The position numbers were made by a program, and so were the translations under genes. DNA of 64,000 nt from contig CM097885.1 in NCBI GenBank assembly GCA_044892525.1, forward strand, positions 8,000,001 through 8,064,000. The letters run 5' to 3'. This stretch comes from Schmidtea polychroa. Taxonomy: Eukaryota. Shown here in pieces: positions 1-14,780 of the stretch; the first letter of the stretch is position 1, and each line of letters starts with the position of its first letter. The notes under the pieces are model-generated. The model was not told where the DNA came from. It made no database searches and saw only the letters and a list, made by a program, of their open reading frames with translations.

Positions 1-1479
<1,479 letters not shown>

Positions 1480-1976
1480 GTATTTTTGATTTCAGGAATT
1501 TGGCGAAATATTTAAATGATTACTTATAACGAGTAACGTGTGATGCGTTGCTAATTAGATTTTTAAATCCTATTATTAAATTAATAATTAAATTAACCGA
1601 AATCTATGTTAAGAAATAAATTATTACAAATTAACAATGAAATAAATTCAAAAAAATATTGCAATTTTTAATTATTTAAATTAAATTAATATTTTGTTAA
1701 ATTAATTTGTGTAAGTAATGTTTTCTAATCACAACAACTTTCCTTTAATATTGCTGTTACTGTTAAATTTATATTTTTAGCAGAAATACCGGAAATACCG
1801 GTATTGAGCCAAACCAATGCCGGTATTTCGGTACCTCAAAACAATTCCGGTACTACCGTTATTCTAACCACTAGTCAAATTTCTTGTTAAATGTCGTTTT
1901 TGTAATTTACAAAGTTGAAATGCATTATTATTATTATTATTATTATTATCATTGTCATTATCTATAACGTAATTAG

Positions 1977-2135
1977 GCAGCAAACCGTTATGGAATTGAC
2001 TATGGAGTTGTGTCAATCGTATTGAAATCAAAACCCAATCCACCGGAAAATGTGCAATGTTTAGAAATAACATCAAATTTCATATTGATAAAATGGGATC
2101 AGGGATTTGATGGGGGCTCAGATCAAAGATTTCGA
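1977..2135 (+). CDS. Nephrin/sns-like Ig-superfamily receptor, first visible exon (end of Ig domain, start of FN3); gene is 5'-partial
   Basis: AG..GTAAG-bounded exon reading AANRYGIDYGVVSIVLKSKPNPPENVQCLEITSNFILIKWDQGFDGGSDQRFR. The W--GFDGG--Q-F motif is typical of nephrin/sns/sidestep FN3 domains. An alternative acceptor at 1980 is possible. Confidence 0.88.
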
Positions 2136-2187
2136 GTAAGGCGTATTTAGGGAATCAAAAATAAATGTATTATCAAAATTCCTTTAG

Positions 2188-2281
2188 ATTAAAGTCTCGA
2201 GGCGAGAAGGACTTCATGAAGTTATGCAATTTGAGATGAAGGGAAATAGACATCGTAATTCGTTGTTCCACAACATTTCAG
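2188..2281 (+). CDS. Nephrin-like gene exon (FN3 middle)
   Basis: Follows a 52-bp GT-AG intron in phase 0; reads IKVSRREGLHEVMQFEMKGNRHRNSLFHNIS and exits in phase 1. Confidence 0.8.
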
Positions 2282-3262
2282 GTTGATTTGAATTTTATTC
2301 TGTTTTCAATATTGAAGGAAATTTATAATCCTTTTCTTATATTGTTTCAATTCAGTGTTTTTTCAAAAACGATTTATCTGCTGATATTTTTTAATTAATT
2401 TTCTATGCTTTCTTAGTGATATTGAGAAAAATAAATTAAAATAAAAATGTTTACTCTAATTATTTTTTCAATTGTTTTATTTAAATTTATCTTACAATAT
2501 CTTAGTTTCCTCTCTTCGACAAACTGACATTTTCCCAACATTGTCGATTACTTTTACATTGTTATTCATCCCACTTGCTCGTATAATTGAATTAGTATCG
2601 AACGAAATTTTGAAAAAACAAAATAATTGAACAAGCGCCCTCTCGCCTTTTGTTCACAGATCTCGTTTTGCTAATTTAAAATTAATAATTTTGAGAGGAA
2701 GCCTAATTCTATTATACATTTGTATACAACTGGGGTTTCCTACATAACTCGGACCTCCCACGTACTTAATAAATTATTCATTTATTTTTTAATTAATTTA
2801 TGTTTACTAAATACCTATTTTGGGGACCCTTTGTTTGTTCAATATTACTATATCTGTGTTCGTCTTAACGTTTCCTATCCGTACATACCGATTTCCCCCG
2901 AAATACATCATTTTGTTTTTTTCAACTTTTTAATTAATTTTGTATTTTTATTGATTTCTACATTTAATATTTTACACATTCAAACTAATTTTGAGCTTAT
3001 TTTAGACAAACTCCAACACACTTTAGCTTTAACGATTTTTGACAAGTTGTCATATTTTTCTTTTTTTGATGCACAATTTGTGATGAAACTGGGCTTCATG
3101 TAAATATATGAGTATAATCTTTGTGATATTTTTCTGTTATTTTTTTATTGTATATTTTTTGATGGGCAACTTGTGTGCCTCTTTTAGTCATAATCTATGG
3201 CTCTTTGTATTCATCATATATCGTCTTCTGTACATACAGATTTTTCTTTTTCGACAAATTTA

Positions 3263-3327
<65 letters not shown>

Positions 3328-3476
3328 ATAACAAACTTGACCCTTCAGAATTTAGAAATGAATTAAGAGTTGTTACATCCAGTATTGCAGCTTATTTGGA
3401 ACATATAAGTGACAAAGTTGAACAACAGAAATCTCATTAATTTTTTTCTCATGTATTATTTTGTATATTTAATTAT

Positions 3477-3960
3477 ATGAAGTTATGCAATTTGCATTAT
3501 TTTTATAACTGCTTGTACATTGTCTGGTAAATGTTCCCAAATTGTAAATGAATTGAAATTAATTATTAATACTCATTTCGTAAGTAGATTATTAGTATTA
3601 TTGATATTATTATTGTTTTTATTATTTTTATTTTTCATTTTTGTTATTATTATAACTAATTATTAATATAACTTAATATAAGCAAGTAAATGATAATATA
3701 AGCTTTTTATCTGCAAAGTGTGTATTATATAAAAGCATTTTCGATTATCATATAATCCTTGAAAAATTTGAATGGATTATCTGATTATCGGAAATATTTT
3801 CATTTAATACATGCTTTGCAGCAAAAGGGCTTGTCTTATCATTTATGCTACTACCAAGAAACCATAATTTTATTATTATTATTATTATTATTATTGGTGT
3901 TATTACTATTATTAGTACTACTATTTTCGTCATCATTAGTGACTGTCGAAAAAAATATTC
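3477..3960 (+). repeat. Degenerate local duplicate of gene segments plus a TAA-flanked foldback repeat
   Basis: 3477-3494 equals 2217-2234 (exon 2). 3508-3960 resembles 5626-6705 (exon 3 end and intron) without the 625-bp MITE. Confidence 0.7.
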
Positions 3961-5543
3961 TAAAAACATTATATTACATTCTTCTGAATTCTCAATGGTA
4001 TCCAGTTCTAATAATAGAAGACTAAATTTAATAATATTTATTTCAACAAAATTCTTTTTTTCGAAATTTCACAATATTCAAACAAATATCCTCGAGATTT
4101 TTATAAAGTAGATTCCATTAAAACAAATTGAACTGTAAATGTTTAAAAAACGATAATTTCAAAATTACAATTTTAAAAAATAAATATTGGCATCAATTAG
4201 ATATATAGCAATTTTAATATTATTTATTTTAAGAATTTCAAATAATTTATATCTCAATTTTATATAAATTTCTTTCATACCTTTTAAATCACCACAAAAT
4301 AATTTATGGCATTTTTTAAAATAATTATCAACTAATTGGGTTTAGGACGTATGTTATGAATCTGTGCAAGATGTGACAAATTCTATTTTTGAAAAAAAAC
4401 TGTTTCTAATATTGATATTCATTTTCACACATAAATTTATGTATGATTTAAAATAAATAAAAAGTAAAATAAATAAAAAAGATTCATCTTTGGAAATAAT
4501 AGGATCCTTCAACGTTTATCACTAAATTGTCCACGGCAATGTAATTTGTACTTAGTATCTGAAAAAGCAATACGACTCTCAGAAGCTTCAACTTCAATAG
4601 TAATCAAGGAGCAAAAATATTTGCAAAAGGAGTCCATTATTAAAATCAAATTGCATGTTTAATTTACATTTCGTTAAATTGATTGTCATATCAATTAAAC
4701 AATAGCAGATGGTAAGGAAATAAAATATTATTAAATATTAACACGCTAATTTCCAAAGAATAATGACCTAAATTTCTAACAGCCAAAGTAAAATTATTGA
4801 CTAATTTGATTAATATTATATTCATTTTCAGCCACATCGATTGGCTAATGTTTGTACACGGTGTGGCTCAGGCTAGGATACATTTGTCCATCAATACGTC
4901 TATAGAAGTTAGTTGTGTCAGACATAACCAGGTGACGTAGAGCACCCGAAAACTTAATTAGCCAATAAAATGATAAATACAAAACCTACTACCCAAACCG
5001 TTTAAATCCAATTTCTGTTGCATTTAATGACAAGATTCCCTGGAATCCGATATCAATGAATTTCTCTATTTAGAGTCCAATTCATTGTTTTAGCAGAATG
5101 AAATCAAATTACTTGGTTAATTACAAAACTGAAAGAGAAAATCTGTAAAATTCCTGATAATAAAATTTGATGTCGCTTCTAACCAGGGAAGATTTTGTTT
5201 CAACGACACGCAATTCCCATTTCCAAAAGAACCCATTAATGGAATTCTAATGATTTATCGATTGTGATTTTCACAGAAAGTCTCATAGATTCTAACAACT
5301 TTTCTTCCGGGAATATCTTTCATTAATTTATTTATTAATCATATTTTAATTAATTCATTTAATTAACTTTTGCGATTAATTCTTTTTCTTATTATTATCA
5401 TTATTCTTATTGGTTAGAATGAGAACTTTGTGTTTGGCGGACTTTTGGCTTGTAAATTGTGAATATTTTGATGGCTTTTAAAACAAATATAAATTTGTAT
5501 TAAAATGTAAATATTATTAGAAATAATCTAGCATTACTTTTAG

Positions 5544-5645
5544 GACTTATGTCTAACATTTGCTTTGTGATTCGTGTTGGATCTTTCAATAATCTCTTTG
5601 CAGATGTTTCGTTTGCTGATCCTGTCACTGCGTGTACATTGTCAG
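5544..5645 (+). CDS. Nephrin-like gene exon (FN3 C-terminal strands)
   Basis: TTTTAG acceptor and GTAAAT donor, 102 bp, phase 1 to phase 1. Reads GLMSNICFVIRVGSFNNLFADVSFADPVTACTLS, fitting the FN3 GL----Y-I-V---N------S--V---T pattern. Confidence 0.8.
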
Positions 5646-5754
5646 GTAAATATTCCCATATTGTGAATGAATTGAAATTAATTATTTAAATAAATTATTT
5701 ACTTAAACTAATTTTGTAAGGAAATTGTTAGTATTATTGATATTATAATTATTA

Positions 5755-5831
<77 letters not shown>

Positions 5832-5923
5832 TTATTATTATTAATATAACTTAATATAAACAAGTAAATGATAAGATAAGCCTTTTATATGCAATGCATG
5901 TATTAAATAAAAACATTAAGGAT

Positions 5924-6548
5924 TGTAATGTACAGTTATACATTTTATTCGTTTTTAAACAAGGTTTCATGATACCTTGTTATTCCATTGAGCGTATGTC
6001 ACGTTTGGAAAGCAATAAAAAGACTATATAGCGATAATTTACCATAGTAAATTATCGCTATACAAAAAATTCCGATAAAATTACAGTACTAACATGATAA
6101 AATCTTATCGAGATAATATCGTAGTAAAAATATTAAAGCAAATTAATCTATTTAACAAATTAACAATTGTAACAATAACTTTATTTACTTGAAATTAAAA
6201 AAAATCTTGAGGATGAAGATGACGATTGTTACGGCGAACCAAGATTTCTTTGTTGCTTGAGGATTAAACAAGGATTAAACTGTGGATTAAACGAATAAAA
6301 CTTTCCGGATAGTTAAGGTAGGATAATACACTTGAGATTTGTTGGAGGTTTAGAATTTAATTTTTGCTAATTTCTTTATTGATTTTTTAATTTTTTCGAT
6401 CAATTTTTGTATAGCGATAATTTACTATGGTAAATTATCGCTATATAGTCTTTCTATTGCTTTCCAAACGTGACATACGCTCAATGGAATAACAAGGTAT
6501 CATGAAACCTTGTTTAAAAACGAATAAAATGTATAACTGTACATTACA
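5924..6548. mobile_element. Non-autonomous Ginger-like MITE (625 bp)
   Basis: Near-perfect ~145-bp TIRs (TGTAATGTACAG...CTGTACATTACA) and an exact 5-bp TSD AGGAT (5919-5923, 6549-6553). The family is assigned from the TGT..ACA termini. Confidence 0.85.
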
Positions 6549-8464
6549 AGGATTATCAGATAATCGGAAATATTTGCATTTAATACATACTTTGCAGCAA
6601 AAAGGCTTATCTTATGATTTATGCTGCTACTAAGAAACCAGCATTTTATAATAATAATTATTATTGGTGTTATTACTATTATTAGTACTACTATTTTCGT
6701 CATTTTATTTTTCTCATTGTATTAGAATAACTTATTTTTAATATAAAATAAATTTTTAAATTGAAATAAGATATGTTGACACGATTAAATTCAATACCCA
6801 AATCTTGCTATTGAAGAGAAAAATAGTTTATTATACCAAAATGTCTCTAAGTATCTATTCTATTCTATTCGGATTACAATATCCATTCTATAATATTTGC
6901 ATTTTATCAATTTGTGATATCTATAATAAACTAATATTTTAATAATTAGAACACGTGAAGTAAGAGACAGATGAAAAGTTAACAATTCATCAATTTACGT
7001 AGCACTGTACATAACTATATGTCATTTGAGAATTCTATTTTAATATAACTTTTGAGTACTTACGTAATTCGGACTTGATTGTTGTATCACAATTTTCACT
7101 CATGTTTTATTATTTTGTAATTTCTTATATTGATCCTATATACGAATATTTTCTACATTATTTGAGATTTTTGTAAATATTCAATTAAGTGGAAAAAAGT
7201 TGAAATTTTTATTAATGGTATTAATGTATAAACTAGGAATTCATCAAACAGCATAAATAAACAATTTACATTCATAGTCATTTATTAAATATTGTATTTA
7301 TAATTTGACTATGAATCAGTAAAGATATCGATGTTTTTTTTGATATTCTCAGATTTTCGGCATTGCCTTTTTCAAAAGATTTTGACTTTTATTTATTTTA
7401 AAAATTAATTTAATAAAATGAAAAAATGTTTTTATTTATATTTTAAATTTAAATTTAATATTTAAATATTTATTAACTAATTTTGCTTAGTGCATTACTT
7501 TGTTGAAAATGTTTTATTAATTTTATATTTTAATAGCTTTATGTTTTGGTGATTTTATATTATTTGTATGACAATGATTTAACAGTATTATGACTCAATA
7601 AATCAAGTAAACACACCAAATAAATTTGTTGTTAATTGGATATTAATAAAATAGGATTGACCTAAATCATCAAGATAAAATTTACAATATTTTGATCAGT
7701 TTTTAAACTGTCGATGACATAAACTAAAACATATATTAAACATATATTAAACAGGGGTTATTGGAAAAATAATATAATCCAGGCTCCATAGGCTTCATTA
7801 AGTTTTTACATAGAAGGGCATTGGTCAGATTTTACAAGCGAAAACATTCAACCAATCAGCTTATTTTTAGTAAATTTTATGAATGGGGAGGGGAAAACTT
7901 GCCTATTCAAGCTTTTTAAATCCACTTTATAAAAAAGTAAATAAAATCAATAAAATCGTGAAAAATCAATTTGCAAATATTCCCATTAGTTGTCAATAAA
8001 AATATTTAATCTAACACAAATATCAGATTCAAGTGTGGGGAAAAATCAAATTATTTTCAGCTGTATTATATGAAATGAGAGAAATTTATGGAAATGATTT
8101 TTTTTACTATTAAAAAATTAATAAAAATTTATTTTCATTTTTGTCGGTCGTCCCGATTCGCATTGAAATGTTAATTAAATTTAATTACAACAAGTTTAAT
8201 TATCATTGATTTAATTTAAATGTGATTGGATTTGATCGGCTGGTTCAATGTGTTCAAATACTACAGACGAATTGGGGATGATTTATTTAAATGGATTATA
8301 GGAAATTTAGGATTTTTCTTTTATTTAGGTCCAATGCCAAAACTGGATTGTTATAGTTGACATTTGATTTTATATAAGAATAAAAAAAGATATTGTCCGT
8401 CTAGCATTAGTTGGACGATCACCTGAACTCTCCACTCAAACTCGGTTGCATTCTTTTGGAAGTA

Positions 8465-8830
8465 TGTCTCAAAGGTAAATCCATTTTTCATCGATCACAA
8501 TGATCTTTTTCTTAGCCTTCATGCCGAATAAACATTCAAAATTTCTTGACAGCACGTGATTCTGATTCTTTTGTTATTATCAATCAAAATGTGAGGAACC
8601 AATATTCTGCAAAGTGACTTCTTTCCAAGATCTTGTTTCAATATGCGGTGAACATTCGTTTCTTCAATGTCTGTGACTCTTTAAATGGCTGGACAGCCTT
8701 AGTGGCAATCTTCTTCAATCATTTCACGCACAATTATGATATTCTTTTCCGGAGTGTTCGTTCTTCGTCTTCTTGAACCTTCTTTTCGCTCAAAAAGTGT
8801 TTGCTGTAATCCTACACACTCTTTGTTAAT
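8465..8830 (-). pseudogene. mariner-type transposase relic
   Basis: Frameshifted fragments: RRRTNTPEKNIIIVREMIEED, VHRILKQDLGKKSLCRILVPHIL (WVPHEL-like) and IVIDEKWIY (first catalytic D region). Confidence 0.75.
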
Positions 8831-11484
8831 CGGTTGTACTCCCCGAAGGCTATCAACGTTCTCTGCACCCAAACTTTTGACAAGAAAGCGGTGGATTTTG
8901 GTAGCCGAAAAGATATTTACGGTTAAAGTTGCAACGAAGAAATTTATGTCGCATTGGTTTGATCTCATCTTTCAGGCTAAATCATTTAAACTAGTCTAAT
9001 TGATTTATTAAAACTTAAATCTTTTATGCTAAATCATTTAACCAACTCTAAGCAATTTGTTTAAATTTAAATCTTAAACTTTCCAGTCTTGTTAATGATC
9101 TGTCTTTGAAAATATACCTAAGAATTTTTAACCTTGATCTTCAGATATTTTCTGTCTGATAAAAACGAAGTTTTTTTTGGCCGGCCCCTAGATATAAAGA
9201 ATTTCAAATCTCTAACATATCATTTTAGAACATTATGTGATTAGCTAAGTTTCCTTTCCTAAAATAAAATTTTACATTAGTTTTACAAGACTAAAATAAC
9301 TAGGTAAACCATGTCCACAGTGTTTATTAATTACAAGGGTCCCACTTAAAATAAATCATTTTCAGTAAAATACGAAATTTAGGTGATCTTTGAATTTATC
9401 TTGTTCCTTCTCTTGTTGTTAACTTTAGATAGATGCCTATTCAATTTTTTGAAAGGCCTAAGATAACATAAAGTAATCTCGATCAAACTGTCTTAAACGC
9501 ATTCCAAATGCAGTGTCGCCTTTAAGCATATGCGTATTAGGTGCTCAATTAACGCTTCCAAACGAATAAAATTGTGAGGTGTTTTCAGCTGAGAATTAAA
9601 TGTTTCAATGATTTATTAGGATAAATTTAAATGATAAATAATGGACTATTAAAATAACTTTTAAAATAATTTTGAAATTGAAAAACTGAAAAATTAAATA
9701 ATCTTTATTAAAGAAGTTTTATTAGTAAATCATTTTTAAATAAATATATTTTAAATATCGAAATTTTAATTTGTGGTTTTGAAAATATTTTATTCAACGC
9801 TGAAAATTTGTTTGAAAATTATACAATATTTCATTAAATAATTTAGAAGATGTGTTAGCAGCTTCTAATAGAAATAAAATAAATTAATTATAAAAAATAA
9901 CATTTTTGAATTTTGATTTTATATATTGTAAATTTTTAAATTTAAGTATTCATAAAAAACATTGTAATTTATAATTGTCTTTAATTTTTTGTTTTCACAT
10001 TTGGGTTTTATTTAATTCAATAATTTTCATATTAATATATGTATAGCCTTTATCAAATGTGTGTTTATACATAAATACACGCTTGATAAAGACTGTGCAG
10101 AAATATCATGTACCTTATAATTGTGTGTGTTCATTTGGGTTAATAATTAATTTTTAGCCGAAAAATCGACGAATTTGTTATATTTTTACTCTGATTATTT
10201 CGTCATTTGTAGTGTTAAAACCTTTTGCAGATAGGCTGTACACCACCAGTTTTAGGCTCTCAGTCTTCACTTTAAAAAAATATTTTTGCAACTAAGGCCC
10301 TGTATTTTTGTAAATGCGCTGTAACTTGAGGTGATATAAAAAATGCATGTCTTATTTGAAAGTTTGTCCACTTTAAATGCAATTCCATTCAAAGATCAGC
10401 GTTCATATCAAACAAAAGAGAGCCTTGTGAGGTTTTCTGTGTTTACTAATGGAATATAAAATAGATATATTTGCAACTGAAATTGAGAGACATTTTGTAT
10501 GAACATAAGTTTCTTGGTAGATAATTTTCAAAATCTCAAAAGACTAATTTAAGAAATTGGAATAAAGGAAATGGAACTAATAAACAGAATTCAAGGGAAA
10601 TTAAATTTTTTATTTAAATTTCTTTTCATAATTTTAGAAATATATTTATTTTTTAATTGTCGATTTCATTTATTTATCATTACAAAGACATCTGAGACGA
10701 TGTAATTAGAAAAATAATTTTCATTGACCTTTTTCGGGTTGCTTTAGAATTTCAGTTTTTCTAGTAATCAGGAATTTATTCTTTTCAGATTTGTACGATT
10801 TTCCCTAGTTTTATTTGTGGGATTCGGAATTCATAAATTGATAATTATACTAATGATGAGAAGAAGAAAACTTGGAGAAAACATCACAAATTTTTTTTAG
10901 GAGAATAGGAATAATTGAAAAATTTGAAATATTTTTATTAACTAATACAATATAGTTTTGAAGGTTCGAATGGTGATCTTTGGAATCTGAATTAAGATCG
11001 TTTCGTATTTGTTCCATTTCTGCAACTGAGATTGGCAAAAGCAAACAAGCGGCGATAATAGATATTGGTCCAAAACAATGGTTAGGTCTTTCTTTTTCAA
11101 ATTTCATTAGGTGAACTTTGAACACTGATAAGACATAAATACAGGAAAAACAAAAGGATTGATGTCGATACAATTATACATTAGATGTTGAGGTGAAATA
11201 GTACGATATTCCACAAATTGTTGCGATTCCATTTTTATTGAATATATTTTTAGTTTTATTTTCATAAACTGAAAAAACAAGGTGGCAAGAAAATATGTAT
11301 ATTTAAACAATGTAATTTTTTATTTATTACGTCAATAATGCATTTGTAATTTTAATTTAAATAATTAAAAACAATTAAATATACCCGTTGGCAATGAATA
11401 AATGCATCTATAATGTTAAAAAAATCAATAAGTTTATATTATACAAACTTACCTGTGTGTTGATTTTTAGCGTTGCAATGAATA

Positions 11485-12760
11485 CACCCGTTTCCACATG
11501 TTAAAAGTCTCTATAATGCATGTTGGTGTGTTCATCAATCGATGACTCACCATTTATGAGAATGTTTATTTCATTTTTTCATTCTCAATTCAATTTTATT
11601 TATGGTTTTAGAAGTAAGTTTTTTAAATTTAAGTATATTTTAAGGCTTGAATTTTGATTTCATATAATTATGAGATCATTATTCAAGCTCTTAAATATTA
11701 CTTGTAATCAGCATTTATAATATAAAATATTGATAATTAAATTTCAGGTGCTTTTTTAGGTATTTTATGATATGTTATGAATTTGGAATTATTTCAATAA
11801 AATGTAAGTTATATATATTTTTAACTAAAAAGAAATAAAATAATCACCAAATACATTAATTTTTTTTCAAACATTTAGGAAAAAATCGGCGTATATGAAC
11901 GAAATATATTTCACGAAATCCAATAAATTGTTTCCTTGATCCTCTGATATAATTTGCTTTCGGCCACTTTTTTTGCCTTTTGAAACTTCACCATATTTTT
12001 TGTATCTATAAATAATGGTCTCAATCGATTTTTTGGAGATTCCCAGTAATCTTCCAAAATCTTTATAATTTTCTTTATTTTCATATGCATTGATGAGACG
12101 GATTTTATCATTTTCTGAAATTCTTTGAAAATATTATTTTTTTAAAATAAGTTATTAAAATTTACGATTTTCGAATTTTTTTCTTCAATTCCAAAGATGT
12201 CGATGGAACTTGTTGAATATCTTCACACAAAGGCGTTTGACTAGAAATATCTGATATGCTGTAAAATATTTTAATTATTTGTAATTAAATAAAAAAATTC
12301 TTACATTGTCAGATCTTCACCTTCGCAAAATGGAAATGTCTCCAAAGAAATATCTGAAAATCTAAAGAAATATTAACTTCAAAAATATTTTATAAATAGA
12401 TCTTACGATGTTTTGCCGTCCATTTCTCGAAAACTCAAAGTTGAGTGGTCAGATTCAAAATCCAAATTTTTTTCAGCCATGAATTTTAATAATTTTAAAT
12501 TAATGATATGTTAACAGTATGTTAATGACTCTCTACTTTCGGAACAAAAAAAGCTATATTAAATTTGCGTGTATTTTATATTATGTGTGCTGTGTTTGTA
12601 TGTAAAATTATTTTTCTGTCACTTTCTCAATTCCTATAATAAAACTTTTAACATTCGGAACATTAAATTTTTGCACACAGGTAAGTTTGTGTGTTGCTAT
12701 AATATAATTTTATCGATTTTTTTTTAGATTATAGAAACTTTTATATTGTGGAAACGGGTG
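11485..12760 (-). mobile_element. ITm-family element nested in a related copy, with intron-containing transposase remnant
   Basis: ~33-bp TIRs CACCCGTTTCCACA... with TA duplication at 11483-84 and 12761-62. The empty site GAATAAACGC is visible in the copy near 53600. Confidence 0.88.
11867..12480 (-). CDS. Spliced 159-aa truncated ITm transposase (N-terminal HTH only); exons 12480-12407, 12361-12305, 12258-12166, 12122-11867
   Basis: Removing three GT-AG introns (45, 46, 43 bp) gives an open frame MAEKNLDFES...ISENDKIRLINAYENKENYKDFGRLLGISKKSIETIIYRYKKYGEVSKGKKSGRKQIISEDQGNNLLDFV, a Tc1-like HTH with a GR motif. Confidence 0.7.
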
Positions 12761-13891
12761 TAAACGCATTTAATATAGAAAGTGAGAAAGTGGTAGAAAA
12801 ATAAACTAACACACACATACACAAAACAGTATGAGATGCATACAATCGTTGTAATGAATAAACTCACTATAATAAATCATTTACAGAAACTTTTAGAAAA
12901 AAATGACCGAAAGAATTTTGAAGGTAGGATTTACCTTCAATTTTTAATAAATTTAATAATTTTTTAGCATTTCACATTGTCCCAAAATTTCTTTATCAAC
13001 TTTGGCGTTCGATGTTGATGTTGAGGAATAAACTAGGAAATCTTAAATTTTATTAACCTAAATTTAAAAATTAATATGTCATCTGAAAGTAGATTCGATT
13101 TAGTCAACGAGGCTCTGAAAGGTGAGCAGAACAAAGATGATTATAAAAATTTTCAAAACTACTTGGAACACTTCACGGATTTTTTCCTAAAAGTTGTAAT
13201 AAAAATAGATTTCTTTGGAGATTAATAAATTATATTTGTCAAATAATTAATTTTGAATTAATAGAACTCACATTTTATCAAAATAAATCCAAATTTTTAT
13301 TAAATATTTAAAATTCCTGTAAAAATTAATTATAAATAATTTATAATAGAAAATGTTGAGAAAAGGTAATATTTAAGAGCTTGAATAATAATCTCATATC
13401 TATACCGATCAGAATCCAAGCTTTAATGTTTTATTTATATTAAAAAAACTACTTGAAATGAAAAAACTTACAAATTAACTATTTACTAGTCACAAATGAT
13501 GTGTCATCTATAATTGATTGTACACACCAATCTATATTATAGATGCGTTTATTCATTACAAACAGGTGTAGTCATGCGCATGTCGTATTTTCTGTTTTGG
13601 TTGTTTTTACAAAACATGATTTACGATTGGTTACAGACGATGAAGATGTTTGTAATTATTAAAATAATTTAAATAAATTTAATTATAACAATAAACTTTG
13701 GAAATAGTTTACATGTATATTGTCACTCATGAATCATTATTTTAAAGAATCAAGCAGTCACTTTACTAAGTTATTTAAAGGGTTCCTTGTATTTATTTTA
13801 AAGTGCAGTTAAAAAGCTTAAAGAAACACAAATTAACAATTAACGATCAACATAAACCACAGAAGAAATAAATTGATCTAAAACCAATAAA

Positions 13892-14780
13892 ATGAGCAAG
13901 GTTATCCGAAAATATCTAGACAGTTTTCTATTAATGGAGTCTACTTGGACAGATGATTTAAATGATCTTTAATCATTATGTGTTTTCTGTGATGATAAAC
14001 TGGCAAATGTTACAGTGGTACCATTTTTTAAGTAAATACATTCATTTAGCATATAAATATTTGGAATGTTTTAAGAGACTTATACCCACAAAACGAAGGC
14101 AATAAAGTCATTGACAAATCTCAAGAATCAAGCTATTAACTTGGAGAGCTGGTTCCGAAACCAATAAAAGTCTACACAATTATTGAATCTTTAATTTTAC
14201 CTGGATTCCAAGCCATGACGAATGCAATGTTTTGAGGTGAAGTAGAAAAAGATATAAAAAAAGATTTCTCTTTCTAACAAAATCATCAGTCAAAGAATAA
14301 CAGCAATATTTGAAAAAACTGAAAATAATGTCATTGATAAGCTAAGGTTTTACAGATATTTGCCTGCAAGTTGATGAATAAACAGATATAAGTGGGAAAA
14401 ACCAACCTCTTGGATTCATACCTCAACAGCATGGCCCCATATTCAAACCTAGAAAAATGAAATATTTTAATTAATAATTACACAGCAGAAAGCCGAAAAC
14501 TGAAAGTCCTTATAATTCTTAAAAAAATCAATAAATCATGCAGACAGGCAGATGATGTAGAATATTACTATTGACGTGCGGTCGGCGCATATTTTTTAGG
14601 TTTTAAGCTAGTGAGCAGTGACTCAGACTCAAATTATAATCGCCAGAATTGAGAGTTACTATTCTTGCCACTGCCAAAAGCACAATGAGAAAACAAATTT
14701 TGTCAGAAGAAGAAGAACTACGGGTGTCTCTTCCGAATATAATCAATCTCAAGTTTCACACTGAATTTAAATAGATTTAT
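13892..14780 (+). pseudogene. Degraded hAT (Buster/Charlie; ZBED5/FAM200-like) transposase
   Basis: Fragments RKYLDSFL, LCVFCDDKLAN, YTIIESLILP, ISLSNKIISQRI and C-terminal EEELRVSL, with many stops and frameshifts. Confidence 0.75.

Larger units (their letters stand above)
11382..13568 (+). mobile_element. IS630/Tc1-type (ITm) deletion derivative, outer copy
   Basis: TA-flanked TIRs ((C/T)ACCCGTT.GCAATGAATAAA ... TTTATTCATTACAAACAGGTG). Collinear with the uninterrupted copy at 53493. Confidence 0.75.

Noticed and set aside
1783..1860. GC-rich hairpin with AATACCGG repeats as an ncRNA or terminator
   Set aside because: More likely a subterminal repeat relic of a DNA transposon; no RNA family features.
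10983..11080. FRICSISATEIGKS as a candidate FN3 exon
   Set aside because: In-frame stop just upstream and wrong acceptor phase; 5544-5645 fits much better.
11911..12111. ORF-track 66-aa protein (and the N-terminal half of 43199-43453)
   Set aside because: Wrong frame; the overlapping frame encodes the Tc1-like HTH.
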